Made by a program: the position numbers and the translations under genes. 64,000 nucleotides of DNA from Paragordius varius (Eukaryota > Animalia > Nematomorpha). This document shows, one piece after another, positions 14,401 to 39,246 of this stretch (its first letter is position 1; each line of letters starts with the position of its first letter). The stretch lies in the NCBI GenBank assembly GCA_964247055.1, contig OZ176050.1, positions 5,642,001 through 5,706,000 of the forward strand. The letters are read 5' to 3'. A model generated the notes under the pieces. That model saw only the letters and a program-made list of their open reading frames with translations, was not told where the DNA came from and did no database searches.

Positions 14401-17400
14401 CCAAATTAAAACTTAGGCCATATATGTTAAATAAAGGCTTAAAATATTACCCGTATAAATCCAAAAATTTAAGCATGTCTCGAATACCCCTTATTAGGCC
14501 CTTACCCTGAAAAATGCACCGCCAGAATGACCTTTTGGCTATAAGGTTATTTTTTAAAGAAAAACCCACAAGAGAATATGGAACCAATCATGATTCCATG
14601 TACTCGAATTAAGGACAAAATTTTAATTGAGCGTTTTTATGTTTCGCCCCTGGTTAGGGTGTTACCCGCGTAAAACTGCCTCACCATATCGATACAACTT
14701 GCCTTTGAAGTCAAATTTCATAACACCTATAAGACTAAAAGGAACATATGGAATCCATGATTAATTCCAGATATTCCCCATATAAAGGCAAAAATTTTGC
14801 TCTTCTATTATACCTGCCTCTGGGTATGGATCCCGCAAAAAACTGCGCTATAGAATTTGCGTTGTTGTGGAGCTAATTTACTATTTATGAAGCCATATCA
14901 TTAAAAAGCTTGAAATATTACCCGTAAAAAATTAAGGTCAGGCGTTTTTTTATTAGCCGTTAATTTGGGGCCTTTATGCCATAAAAATTGGCCATCATAG
15001 AAACGATATTTTAATGCTGAGATTTTTTTGAATAACTTATGAGACTATTGTATCAAAGATTCAAAATATTTGCCCTATAAAGGCAAAGAATTTGACTCAG
15101 CGCATTTTTCATATAGTTCTATGGGTGGGGTCTACCTAAACTGAGACGCCATACAAAAATGGCGTGGTTTTGGAGCTAATCAATTTAAGAAACCATACAA
15201 GTTCAGTTAACAGAATTCTGGGGAATTTGGATAATATTATTCTTTTCTTTATACGGGGACCACAAATGATTTCTTTTTATATCCCTTAATCCCAGCTGTT
15301 TGAACACAATGCCAAAATAAAATTTTAACGATTTCCGTAAAACGAAAATAAAATAAATCCAATAGTTGAGTATTAATTTAAATAAGGGACAGTTTAAATA
15401 TGGTCAATTTCGAATAAACAATGTTTAGGCCTATAAAAACCCGTAAGGGAATAATTAAAGAAATTCTTTTAATATATTATTTTATTATCAGACAAAATGT
15501 ATAAATCAAACTTTAAGCCATTTATTATTATTATGATAAATTGTGATTAAATTGTCCTGATAATTTAATAAAAAAATTTTCCGATTCTGTTTGATCTTTG
15601 ATATAGTTTCCAGTAGTACTTTGATCATATTTATTAAATTGTTTTCATGTCATCAATGGCCTTTCTAATTTGATCATTTTCATATATATTATTTGTTTCC
15701 ATCAAGAGTTTTGTAATCTATATTTATAAAATGGAAAATGCTGGCTTTGTGATCTGGTACAGGAAAACCGGTAGACCCATTCAAATCCAAACTTCGAAAA
15801 AATATAATCATTAATGAAATCCCCGACAATAGCTTCGCCCTTTTTTTGAAATAGGCCCCCAGTTCGGGCCCACCCCGTTTGAAAAACGGTTTTTTTTAAA
15901 ACAGAAGTCCACAAAAATCGTGTCTTTGAGACAATTTTATGGAGAACGTGTTGGTCCATTCAATTTTAAATATGATTTTTGTTTACTTATTTTCGATGGC
16001 GCCGAACATAGTGGTCTCGCTTTTTTGATTTAGGCCGTCTTTTTACCCGCTTCCCCCGTAAAATGCCATTTTTTTCAAAAAACAAAATCCACAAAAATAA
16101 TTTTTTAAATCTATTTTTCGCCCTAGGTATGAGACCGTAAAAATTCAATATGGATTCCACGTATTCCCCGTTAAAAGGCAAAAATTTTAGTCAGGCGTTT
16201 CTTTGATGATAGCTGCTGGGTAAGCTACCCGCTAAAAACTGATTTTTCATGTAACTTTGTGATCTGTTTCCGGAAACCGGTGAACCCAATCAAATCCAAA
16301 CATCGAAAAAATATAATCATCAATGAATGCCCAGACAATAGCTTCGCCCTTTTTTGGAATTAGGTCCCCAGTTCGGGCCTACCCCGTGTGAAAAATGGGT
16401 TAAGTCAATTTTTTGGAGAACGTGTTGGACCATTCAGTTTCAAATATGATTTTTGTTTACTTATTTTTGATCGCGCTGAACATAGTCAACTCACTTTTTT
16501 GATTTAGGCCCTCTTTTACCCGCTCCCCCGTAAAATGCCATTTTTTTAAAAAAAACAAATTCCACAAAAATAAATTTTTGATTGTAATTTTTTGCCCTAG
16601 GTATGAGACCGTAAAAATTCAATATGGATTCCACGTATTCCATGTTAAAAGGCAAAAATTTTAGTCAGGCGTTTCTTTGATTATAGCTGCTGGGTAAGGA
16701 GCTACCCGCTAAAAACTGATTCCTCATGTAACTTTGTGATCTGGCACCGGAAAACCGGTAGACCCATTCAAATCCAAACTTCGAAACCCCCCCCAGAAGT
16801 CCGAAGGACTTCCTCGGGCTGCGTAGCAGCACGAGATTTACGCTAGTTTTTTATAAGCTTCTTATTTGCAATATTAGATATAGGATGATAGATTTATTTA
16901 AAATTATGGGATATCTAAATATATTAATTATTTATTACTAAAAGTGTATTAATTTTTATATAGGTAATATCGGTTTCAGAGATGTTTTTTGTTTTAGGAA
17001 ACTCAAGGGTAAATCAGTTGTTTTTTATTTAATAAGAATCTTTCTTTGAAAAATTAAGCATAGGAAACACTTAAAGGGTTTCCTTTTTTATATTCACTCC
17101 CAATCTCTCATTTCTATAATGACCACTATTATTCTAAGTAGGTAAATCACACTCATAACTATAGCGTATAGGTCCATCATATTCTTAAGTGGCTCAAATA
17201 GAAGGTCTTTACTTGGATATACAATAAAAAAATTAAAAAGCATCGATACACAGCATGAGCTATAGTTTAAATAAGTCAATATTTTAAGTAAATAAGTTAC
17301 AAAAATTAACTCTTGCTTAGTATTGGCTTCAATGTTAAAAAACTTGAAATACATTCTGATTAGTAAGCCAGGATACAGTAAAAAATATTATACAGATAAC

Positions 17401-20400
17401 TATAAATAGAAAAATGTAAACCATTTTTAAATCGTAATTTTCGTAACTCATCATTTTGATTAACAAAATAAGGCGGATGGAAATTGTTAATATCCAAATC
17501 ATATATTTTAAAATTGTATTATATAGTTTATATTGGTAAAAAGATAAAAAGTATAATTGTCTTTAAAAATATATTTTAATTTTTATTTGTCTATATAAAT
17601 TTATTTTATAATACCAGGATCCGATTTTGCTGTTTTTCGCGACTGTCATCCTCGCAATGGGTATACAATCTACTAATTTGCACAAACGTATTGCATTGTA
17701 CCTTCTCATGCATCTTGGTTACAAACCCATTTGGTATATTTTCAATAATATGGATGATATTAGTTTAAAGCAGGGGTGACCAGCACGCGGCCCGCGAAAA
17801 ATTTGGCATCCATAATCAAAAACATGCTCATAAAATTTTAGTATAATTGAGTAATTTTAGACACTCTCTAATAAATCTATCCAAAAAGCAAAGATAATAA
17901 TTTGTTATTTACCGTTTTCAATTTGCAGTCTTAAGTTTGAATCCTAATAAATTATTTAATGCCCATATACATCTCACATGCGGCCCACTGAAATTTTTGA
18001 GCCGAAAATGCGGCCCGCGGAGCCATTAGATGATTAAAGATTACTTTACCAATGTTTTACAAAATTTCGTTAAGTGTAAGAACTTTATTGCTAGGATGAT
18101 TTTTGGCTTTATAATATCAACGTTCTTCATGTCCATCTGGATAAGCAATTCAGCCACTGCCGTTCTCATGGTCCCTGTAGCCAAAGGAGTAATGGATCAG
18201 TTTACAGAATTTAAATGCGCTGCCACCAAAAACATAGTTACGCCTTCAAGTTCTGAAAATACATGTTTCACTGAATCGGAAAACGGTTTTTAGCAATTTA
18301 AATATTTCATAGTTGCCTAAATCAATGCAAATTTTTTTTTAAATTTATCGTTGATTAAATATACATTGCATATAATAGTTTTTTCATAGCGTAACATTTT
18401 TCACGTAAAAAACAAGCATTCTATATATTTAATATAATTTATGGGAATTGATAGATGGTCAAGTTAAAAATACGTGGTATCTTATTTCAGTCATCTCAGC
18501 GTTGTTGTATTTAGTGGGAACAATGATTTTTAATTAGGTTTCTAATATGGTTGCTGGACTATGATTGGCGCATTCTTTAAGGTGAGGTTTAATATGGAAT
18601 TTGATTATCTCTTTAAATATATTATGGAAGAATACGATAATTTAATTATGATACGGGAAGGTAAAAGCTAACACGACCATGATCGACGTATAAATAAAAA
18701 ATGGTTATGAATTTCGAAAAACCCGCTTATAAGAATACTCCAAATAAAAATTTCAAAAAATTAATATAAACTATTAATGATGGGATCACACTTTTGAAGA
18801 TAAATGATTTCTAATAAATAAGATTTTATATATGATTAATATTATTATATCTGGATTTAAAAATTGTTTTATATTTAGAACAAAACATGGTGATTGGTAG
18901 CGAAAACACAAGCTTAAACAGTGGAAATAGGGCAAATAGTCCTCGAATACAGTAAAACTTTCATAATATCCATTTGATTGCATACCTTTTTAAGGAATAT
19001 TATAATACAAGAAACATTTTGCTTTATGTGTGTGTGTGTGTTGTTAGAAAAGAGGATCGTTTTATGGAAAACTATCGTAAATGCATTTTTATTGGAATTG
19101 CATATGCTTGTAACATAGGCGGGATTGCGTCTTTAACTGGAACACCTCCCAATATAGTTATGTCAGGATTGCTCAAAGTGTATGACGTTTTTAATTTATC
19201 AACAAATATTTTTTTATTATATATTACCAAAAAGCACCCTTTTCTGGCAATATTAATGTAGTATACCTTAACATATCTTCATCCTGACCATGTTAGTTTA
19301 ATAGTTTTAACTATGCATTTGTATCGCTATTTAGCGTTTCCAAACTATATAGGTGAGCCTAAGGTCAAACTTTGTGGTGTTGAAAAAAAAATATAAAAAT
19401 TCACATTATCAAAAAATTAAATTAAAGATGCTAAAACATTTAAGCTAAAAAATATTTATTATATATTATAAAATGTGTGAAAAGTATGTTTGGTGAGGGG
19501 ATGGATGAATAAAGGTATATGATTTTTTATAAAATTATTTATTAACTATTTGTGCCTCAGAATATTTGGATCTTCTGCTGAAATAGGTTTTATGACTTGG
19601 ATGATATACGCCCTCCCTGGTGCCATAATTATGATAATGTTAACATGGCTTCACTTGTGCATTCATTTTTTGGGTTTCAAGTAATATTATATCACAGATA
19701 AATAAATATTCAAAAATAATTGATTTAAAAAATACCATGATATCTCTTACATTAGTATTCAAGTATCATAGGTGTTTATAATATATACTATATAATACAC
19801 TTTGTTGTTTAAATGATGTAATGTTTTGGTTTTTATCCGCTAATATATTTCAAAAGTCATGTACATTTTCCAAAATTTAAATATAAATATAATATTTTTG
19901 GTCAGAGTTGAAAATTATGGCAAATATTTAGTAGATTGCAAAAGATTATTCTATTCGTTCTTTTAGGGTAACCATAAACCAATTTAGAACAAACAAAGCA
20001 ACGGAGGATCCCCGCACTTTTTTACGATCTCAATTAAAGGAAATGGGAAAATTAAAGTGATATGATAAATTTTCATTATTTTTTTCTTTTTACTCATATG
20101 GTATTGTATTGCCAATTGGTTTAAAAAATAATGTAAATCCACCACCATCAATGTATTAATACTGTATATATTGGTTTTCACAAATTTTAAAATACATTTT
20201 AAAAATTTTTATGAATAGACAGAGTGAAATTACGATGATGATACTCTTCATAATTCTTGTGATTTTGTGGGTGTTGCGAAATCCTAAATTTATGCCTGGT
20301 TGGCAAGATTTTTTTAAGCCAGAGTAAGTATATATTTATTCTTGTATATCTTGGTAATGACGTATGAATTTTTAAACCAAGCCTTATGTAATTAGTGCTT

Positions 20401-23400
20401 ACGGATGTTATTATTACTATGCTCTGGCCAAAACCATTTTAGTCAAAATAAATATATTGATTTACTTATTCATGACACAAACTTACATCCATATTCATAG
20501 TTTAATAAATTCTGGTTGATCTGTCTCAAGTTAATTTTAAAAAAACGTATTAGAATAATCACTCTCACATTCGTTCACTCCAGTTTGTACTTTGAATTTT
20601 GTTTAAAAATGAATTTTATGCAAATATTATTAAATGACCGAAGTCATACAATGTTTATAGATTTATTTTGTTTGTATTCTAGCGGCCTTTATCATCTAAA
20701 CTATGGAAACTTTGGCAAAAGCTTAAATTTAAGGAATTTCAATTTGTAATAAGCAAATGGGATAAGCGGTTTATTTTTTTATATTGCTAGAAAAAGCTAG
20801 GATATTATAATAATTGGGTTTGTCTATATTAGTAAAGCCATACTTAAATCAGTGGCTCCAAACCTTTTTTGTTCACGACCCATCAAACTGAAAAAAAAAT
20901 TGTTGCGCCCCTCCATGATTTAAATTATTATAATATTATAAACATCCCAAATTAGATAATTGTATTGTAGATTATTAAAATAATATTTTTTATATCGGTG
21001 ACAAAAATTATTAATTTGCACCTGAAATTCAATTCGTTTCTTTTTATTTTTTAATTAAACTCTCCAAATTTTCCGCGATCCTTTTAGATTTTTCTCCGCC
21101 ACCTTGGGGGGCGTTGCCCCCTCTTGGGAACCACTGACTTAAACTGTTCTTGATTTGACTAATACTAGAAATTAAAGTAAAAATAATTCAAATTATAATG
21201 TTTGAACCAATTCTGCATCTCGCTTATGTTTATCATTACCAATATTTAATGTGATGAATCGATAATCATATAAATTTTATCCGTTTTTTATGTTTTTAGA
21301 TATGTATCAGATGCAACACCTGCTCTTTTCATAGCCCTTTTACTCTTTATTTTACCCAGGGATTTTCGATCCATTTTGTTTATCAAGAAAACGATTGGTA
21401 TGATCTTATATCACGTAATCGATTTGTTTCATAAACTCTTACCTATCTGAACATATGTCCTTTATTATTTGTTTCATCCAACTAATATAATATTTGTAGG
21501 TGTACCAGATTATAAACCTATAATTGTGTGGGAGGAAGTCTACCGAGACCTTATGTGGGACATTAATTTATTATTGGGTGGTGGGTTGGCTCTTGCGCTT
21601 GGATTCAAAGTACAAAAAAGGATTTTGGACAAAACATATTTTATTGAAAGAGACTAAAAACTAATCATATATATTAGACGTCGGGCTTGTCAAAATTGCT
21701 TATGAAATCATTTTTGATATTTCAATCCATCCCAAAGGAGGCATTGGTTCTTATTTTTTCAGCCATAACCTCGATGCTTACTGAAGTATTAAACAATGTT
21801 GCCACAGCCAGCATCATATTACCGATAGTGGCTGATATTGTAAAATATTTTAATTAATATATATTTTAAAATTATGGCAAAGGGGCGAAGTGATTTTAAA
21901 CAACAATGATATGTTTTTCATAGAATTTTTTGCTCATGCTAAACAAATTTTTATAATTAAAAATTATAAATAAATTTGGATCAGTTTGTGTATTCCAATA
22001 ATTTTTGCAGGAATCCAAACCGTAGAACTAAAAAATAAAAATTAAAAAAATTGTATCGATAAAGTTGTTAGATTTAATTTTTTATAAGGTCGTTTAATAG
22101 TGACTTGCTTATGTAGTTTGTTACCTTAGAGTTTCAAATATTGATTACATGTTATTGACTCACTGCAATATTACAATAAAATTCCAAGTGTAAGTAAATG
22201 TAGAAAAGATTTATTGCAAAATAAAAATAGGTTCATATGTTTTTCGCTTAATCTAAATGTATTTTTAAAAAATTTATACAGTCAAAATTTAAATTACACA
22301 TAAAAACGGAAAAAGCCAACAGATAGTATATTTTAACACTTCCTTATTTTTTCTCTTTTATGTCCTAGTTTACCTTTTAAGGTAGGTTTATTTCCCAGAA
22401 CTGAATTTGGGCAAAATAAACTATAGTTGTGAGAGTTATTTTAGTTAAAATAAAATATCAAACATTGTTTCATGTATATAATAAAGCTTATACCTTTTAC
22501 AGTTTTGAGACTTCTAAGTGTGTAAAATTGGGACAGTTCCCAAACACGATTGAAACGAACAGCTGATATTAAAATAAAAATATCAAGTTATTGCAATTAA
22601 AATGGATGAAAGCTTCCTAAAGTTTACATTTGCCAACCATGTACATTTAATTTGTCTGTTGCAATAGCGATTTAAAATTTATAAAAATGGTGACAAAAAA
22701 ATTTGAAATCAGGATTTTTCATTATTTTTTTAATTTTTTTGTATAATGTGTCTAAAAAAAGAAAGCTTATTGATATATTCAATTTAATACCTTCAATACT
22801 TTTTAAGATATTCAACTTTCAAATCGCTCTGGGACATAAAAATATCTTTTAAAAATATGGAGTGTTAATGGACAATCATACTTTTTAAACCCGGGAATAT
22901 TATTACTTTTACTATATAATCACAATTTTAAAATATATAACAGGTATTTTTACCACATAGTTATCATAAAATAAAGGTATAAAAAATGTTGTGTTTGTAA
23001 AAAATATATTCATTTCATTTTGACATGATCTTTTGAAAAAATTAATTCAATTTACAAAAAAGTTATACCATGTCCATAGCCAAAAGTGATATAATTACAT
23101 ATTTTACAGGCAGTAACCATGAAAGTCAATCCACTTTATCTAATGTTTCCTGTCACGTTTGCGTCTTCTTTTGTATTTCTTTTGCCGATAGGGACCGCCC
23201 CTAACGCCATTGTTTATACAGCTGGAAAATTGAACAATAAAGACATGGTATATGAACTTTTGAGATAAATTATTCACAATATCTTCATGTTAATAATTTT
23301 ACAACTAAACTCCATGCCGATGGTAGAATCAGTTAGTGTTAATTGGTTAATTCAAAGAATTTAACTATATATAGATATATATATGGAATTATTGTTTGCA

Positions 23401-23551
23401 GATTAAATCTGGAGTCATGGTACACATCATATGTTTGCTAACAACCTATATTTCAATCAATACATATGGTAATTGGTACCTTAAAGTTAACAAACTACCG
23501 GTCTGGGCCCAAAAAGATATTTTGAATGTTAAATTAAATTCAACAATATAA
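11483..23551 (+). CDS. SLC13/DASS-family transporter, paralog B (582 aa)
   Basis: 14 GT-AG exons: 11483-11596, 12382-12531, 17618-17733, 18095-18285, 18879-18951, 19048-19179, 19561-19680, 19967-20056, 20219-20323, 21300-21397, 21500-21609, 21678-21839, 23110-23247, 23402-23551 (1749 nt). All 13 intron positions and phases match paralog A. Motifs WISNSATA, NIGGIASLTGTPPN, TEVLNNVATA, LPIGTAPNAIV. Confidence 0.93.
13278..15200 (+). mobile_element. Older Helitron-family element: 5' end plus a degenerate ~300-bp (2 x ~150) tandem array, 3' end missing
   Basis: Starts A|TCATATTTAAAAAATGGAAAG and its first ~500 bp align with 15717-16254. GATTCCAGGTATTC-like anchors at 13687, 13990, 14286, 14592, 14763, 15058. 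The right boundary is approximate. Confidence 0.7.
15717..16846 (+). mobile_element. Complete non-autonomous Helitron (1130 bp)
   Basis: 5' A|TCTATATTTATAAAATGG; 3' hairpin CTCG-G-GCTGC-GTA-GCAGC-A-CGAG (16813-16835), 7 nt, then CTAG|T (16843-16847). No TSD; inserted between A and T. The interior is tandem copies starting CTTTGTGATCT at 15745, 16255 and 16732. Confidence 0.85.
17771..18030. mobile_element. hAT MITE (CAGGGGTG... GCGGCCCGCG family), one end truncated
   Basis: Begins CAGGGGTGACCAGCACGCGGCCCGCG after GTTTAAAG. Its far end is the reverse complement of the start of 52754-53025. Confidence 0.7.
20850..21136. mobile_element. hAT MITE with 8-bp TSD
   Basis: TIRs CAGTGGCTCCAAA / TTGGGAACCACTG, flanked by ACTTAAAT and ACTTAAAC (7/8 match, central TA). 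Confidence 0.85.
22540..22850. repeat. Diverged dispersed repeat family (further copies ~25670-25960, ~26150-26330, and reverse ~41160-41430)
   Basis: Shared motifs TTGAAACGAAC(A/G)GCTGATAT and AAAATGG(T/C)G(A/G)C(A/C)AAAAA(A/G)TTTGAAAT; the reverse complement ATCAGCTGTTCATTCCAATC occurs at ~41358. Confidence 0.55.
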
Positions 23552-24029
23552 TACATTTTATATCCATAATTTTACAGTTTAGGAAAATTCATATGTGTAA
23601 AACCTATTCAATCAATTAAATGATCTCATATTTTGATGACTCTTTTAATATCGCATCATGATAATTACAATATATCAAAACACTTAACAATAATATTTAA
23701 ATTATATAAAGGAAATTAATTAATGTATATGTTTATAGCATTGAACCATACACCTCGGACTAGTTTGTTCAATCCATAATGTATTCTAACCTGGATGTAA
23801 ATGGTATAAAATCTTGTATATGTCAGGAATATCGTTTTTAAACCTCAATATTAATTGGTGATTCATAACGATAAAGAAGTATAGAAATATTGTTGAGAAA
23901 TAGATTGGATAATAAAAAGGGCTTCAATATAGAAAATTCAAATTTTATCTTATAAACATTTGTCCAAATAAAAAACAAGCTACAATCCATTCTACCAAAG
24001 GTTTTAATTTGCAAAAAAAATTGTTTAAT

Positions 24030-24420
24030 TTGGCCCTCTAATAATAGCGCGTTAATTCGTTAATAATAAGAAATGGTAGAATGCGCACGCCTAGAAACTA
24101 AATTAAGATTAATCAATATTATTAAACCAATAATCCTTTATGAATCCGACATATAGATCCCATACTATCTGCAGATAAAGTGTTAAACGTCTTTGAGAAA
24201 ATGGATGAAATTATTGAAAACAAATTGGCCAATAAAATTGGCAAGGATAAGGTATAGATTGCAGTCTTATCAGAAGAATAGATAAATAGATTAATATTTT
24301 ATTGTTATGAGAGCAAATAAAATAGAAAAAAATGTATACTGGTAACTATGCAAAACCAAAGGATTGCCTAAGGAAGAGATAAATAAAGAGGTATCTAACT
24401 CAAATAAATGAAATAGGCCG
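24030..24420 (+). mobile_element. Highly decayed RTE-like LINE 3' fragment
   Basis: 24091 onward reads LETKLRLINIIKPIILYESDI*, resembling the post-RT motif TKLxxYxxxIxPxxxYGSETW. A frameshifted GxP-RKRW-like tail lies near 24355-24395. Confidence 0.55.
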
Positions 24421-26329
24421 ATAAAAGCATTCTTTGGCCATATTTGCTATTAATGGTCCCAGAATTTAAACGAATAAACGAATTAATTCATCATAAAATT
24501 TTTATCGTTATAGGGGTGTGAGTGAGGCTGAATCCATCGACCTGCTAAAAAAGCATTCTGTCATAATCTTCACTATCGTATATCATAAATAGATGTAAAA
24601 ACATATATATATATATATATATATATATAGCAAACGTTTCATATATTTTGCGGTTATTAGAGCCAACATACTTATATTTTTGTCAATTTTGTGTTGAAAT
24701 CGAGTCAAATGGTTAAAAAAACAAGATTTATTTTTGTAAATATATAATAAAAATATTGTCTTTTTAGATCGTAAGCTAGTTTTGTTGATAATTACTTTTT
24801 AATTATTTGCCTTATATCGTTTTTCATGTGCCTTAATTTTATTAAACCCTATTATTGACGGAATGTAAATTTTACCACCTAGAGCCATGTCATTTAAAAA
24901 ACAACGAAGTTAGCTTAATATTATGTTTTAAACTGGATTATTAAATGTAGTATCAGCTAGAATAATTATTTATTTCGGAAAATAATTTATAAACTATGTT
25001 CTAATTAGGTCTATATTTTTTATATATCAGGAGATAAAATATCTTAAAAGGTATTCCACAAATATAGTATTATAACACGCTGTTAATCTTAATTCTGCTC
25101 CCAATAAGAATTTCCTATATTTTATTGCGTAAAAACATCTTCTACCGTGGCTTCTTTTGAACTCAATTTTTTATAAAAATTAAAGTAATTCCAATAACAC
25201 AAAAAAATAGGTTGCATATGATTGTGATTTCCCAAACATCTAGTTAAATATGAAGAACCAATATTTTGATAAAAATTTGGTTAATAGAAATGTGTAGATG
25301 TATGAAAAGTGTTTGATAATATATTAAAATACTATACTGTTACATCATGCTTAAAATACCATAAAATACGAAGAAATTTTCTATGCGCATGTATTTTTTG
25401 TTTATAATAACATTTTTGATGCCATTATCCAACATGTAAAAATTATTATCGCGGAATCCCTAATTTTTGCATTTATTTAACATTTTAATACCTATTGGGT
25501 TAATATTTTGTCCCAAAGCGATTTTATAATAATTATATAAAAATTTATTGGGACAAATTAAATTGTGAAATGTGAAAAATTACAATATTTAGCCATTTTT
25601 TCTCTTAACTTTTTTTACCTTTTTTGTCCTACTTTACCTTGTAGTTTTATATCCCAAAGCTCAATTTTATAAACACACAATTGAAACGAACGGCTGATAT
25701 AAAAATCAAAATATATAAGTTTTTGATGATAAAATACAGCCAAAAAGATTTTTATAATTATTTTGTTAACCATAATATACAATTATTTTCTTGCATTTAA
25801 AAAATTTATAAAAAAATGGCGGCCAAAAAGTTTGAAATGAGCATTTTTTTACAATTTTACATTTTTTAAAAATTTTTATGCGCCTAAAAGGTTAAATTAT
25901 GCATTTTAAATCACTTATCACCTTCATTACTTTTTGAGATAAATGAACTTCAAGCTAGGCAAATAGACGTTTAGATGAAAAATATAAAAATTAAGTTTAA
26001 CACTACATAAGCTTTTATACGCGATGATATTCTGGGATAATATCCAGACCTAAAAAGAATAAACTATTTTAATTGTTTTCAAAAGCAATCAGACCCTTTT
26101 CACTTTTATTAGATAGACTTAAAATTTTTACAGTTTATTAGCTTTTCAAGTCCTGATAGCTCCAAAAGACGATAGAAACAAATCGCTGATATTTATATCT
26201 ATAATTATAAAAAGTTTGCTGGTAGAATGTTATCTAAAGCTTTTTATAATTATTAGCCATAATATTTATTTGCCTCTCATATTAGAGTTAAACACCCAAA
26301 AGAAAAAAATGGTGGCAAGTTTTCGGTCG

Positions 26330-26621
26330 ATTATTTTACTATTTGGGACGATACTTTTTCTATGACCCTGGGGTGGTTTTTTAAAAATCTTTCAAAAATA
26401 ATTGATTGTATGCCTTCAAAAATTTTATCAACTGTATGCGCTAAAGCAAGGAGGTCCGACCGGTGCGAAGTTTCTTTCCGAATAAATTTATCCAATCGCC
26501 AAACTTTGTTATATCGCGCTAGCATGCTTTAATAAAATATTTAAAATGCCCATAGGTAAAAATTTGGTCGCTGGGTGTAAGTTAAAAACGCGGCCGAAGC
26601 CATTTGTATTGGACACCCCTG
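26330..26621. mobile_element. hAT-type MITE remnant just upstream of RPB2
   Basis: Ends GCCATTTGTATTGGACACCCCTG, 63 nt before the RPB2 ATG; same terminus as 7259 and 58359. The left boundary is approximate. Confidence 0.55.
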
Positions 26622-26684
26622 CTAAAATGCATGCGAAAAAAATATCTCATACACTACTAAGCAATTAATATTTCATTCATTCTA

Positions 26685-39116
<12,432 letters not shown>

Positions 39117-39246
39117 AATTAAATTACACATTAATAAATAAATGGATTTTATTGAATAGAGAGACTACATATTTAGGAAATGTGGATGGATAGGTGTTTG
39201 CATAGTTATTGCTTTTGGCACCATGTATACATATAGAAAGAGTGTA

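Noticed and set aside
15560-15716. Minus-strand coding-like stretch (TKLLMETNNIYENDQIRKAIDDMKTI...SKYYW) as an LTR-retrotransposon integrase remnant
   Set aside because: Too short and interrupted by stops; no diagnostic motif can be supported without a search.
26331-26525. 64-aa minus-strand ORF inside a hAT-ended repeat as a transposase fragment
   Set aside because: No recognisable hAT motif (BED finger, DDE residues, dimerisation domain).
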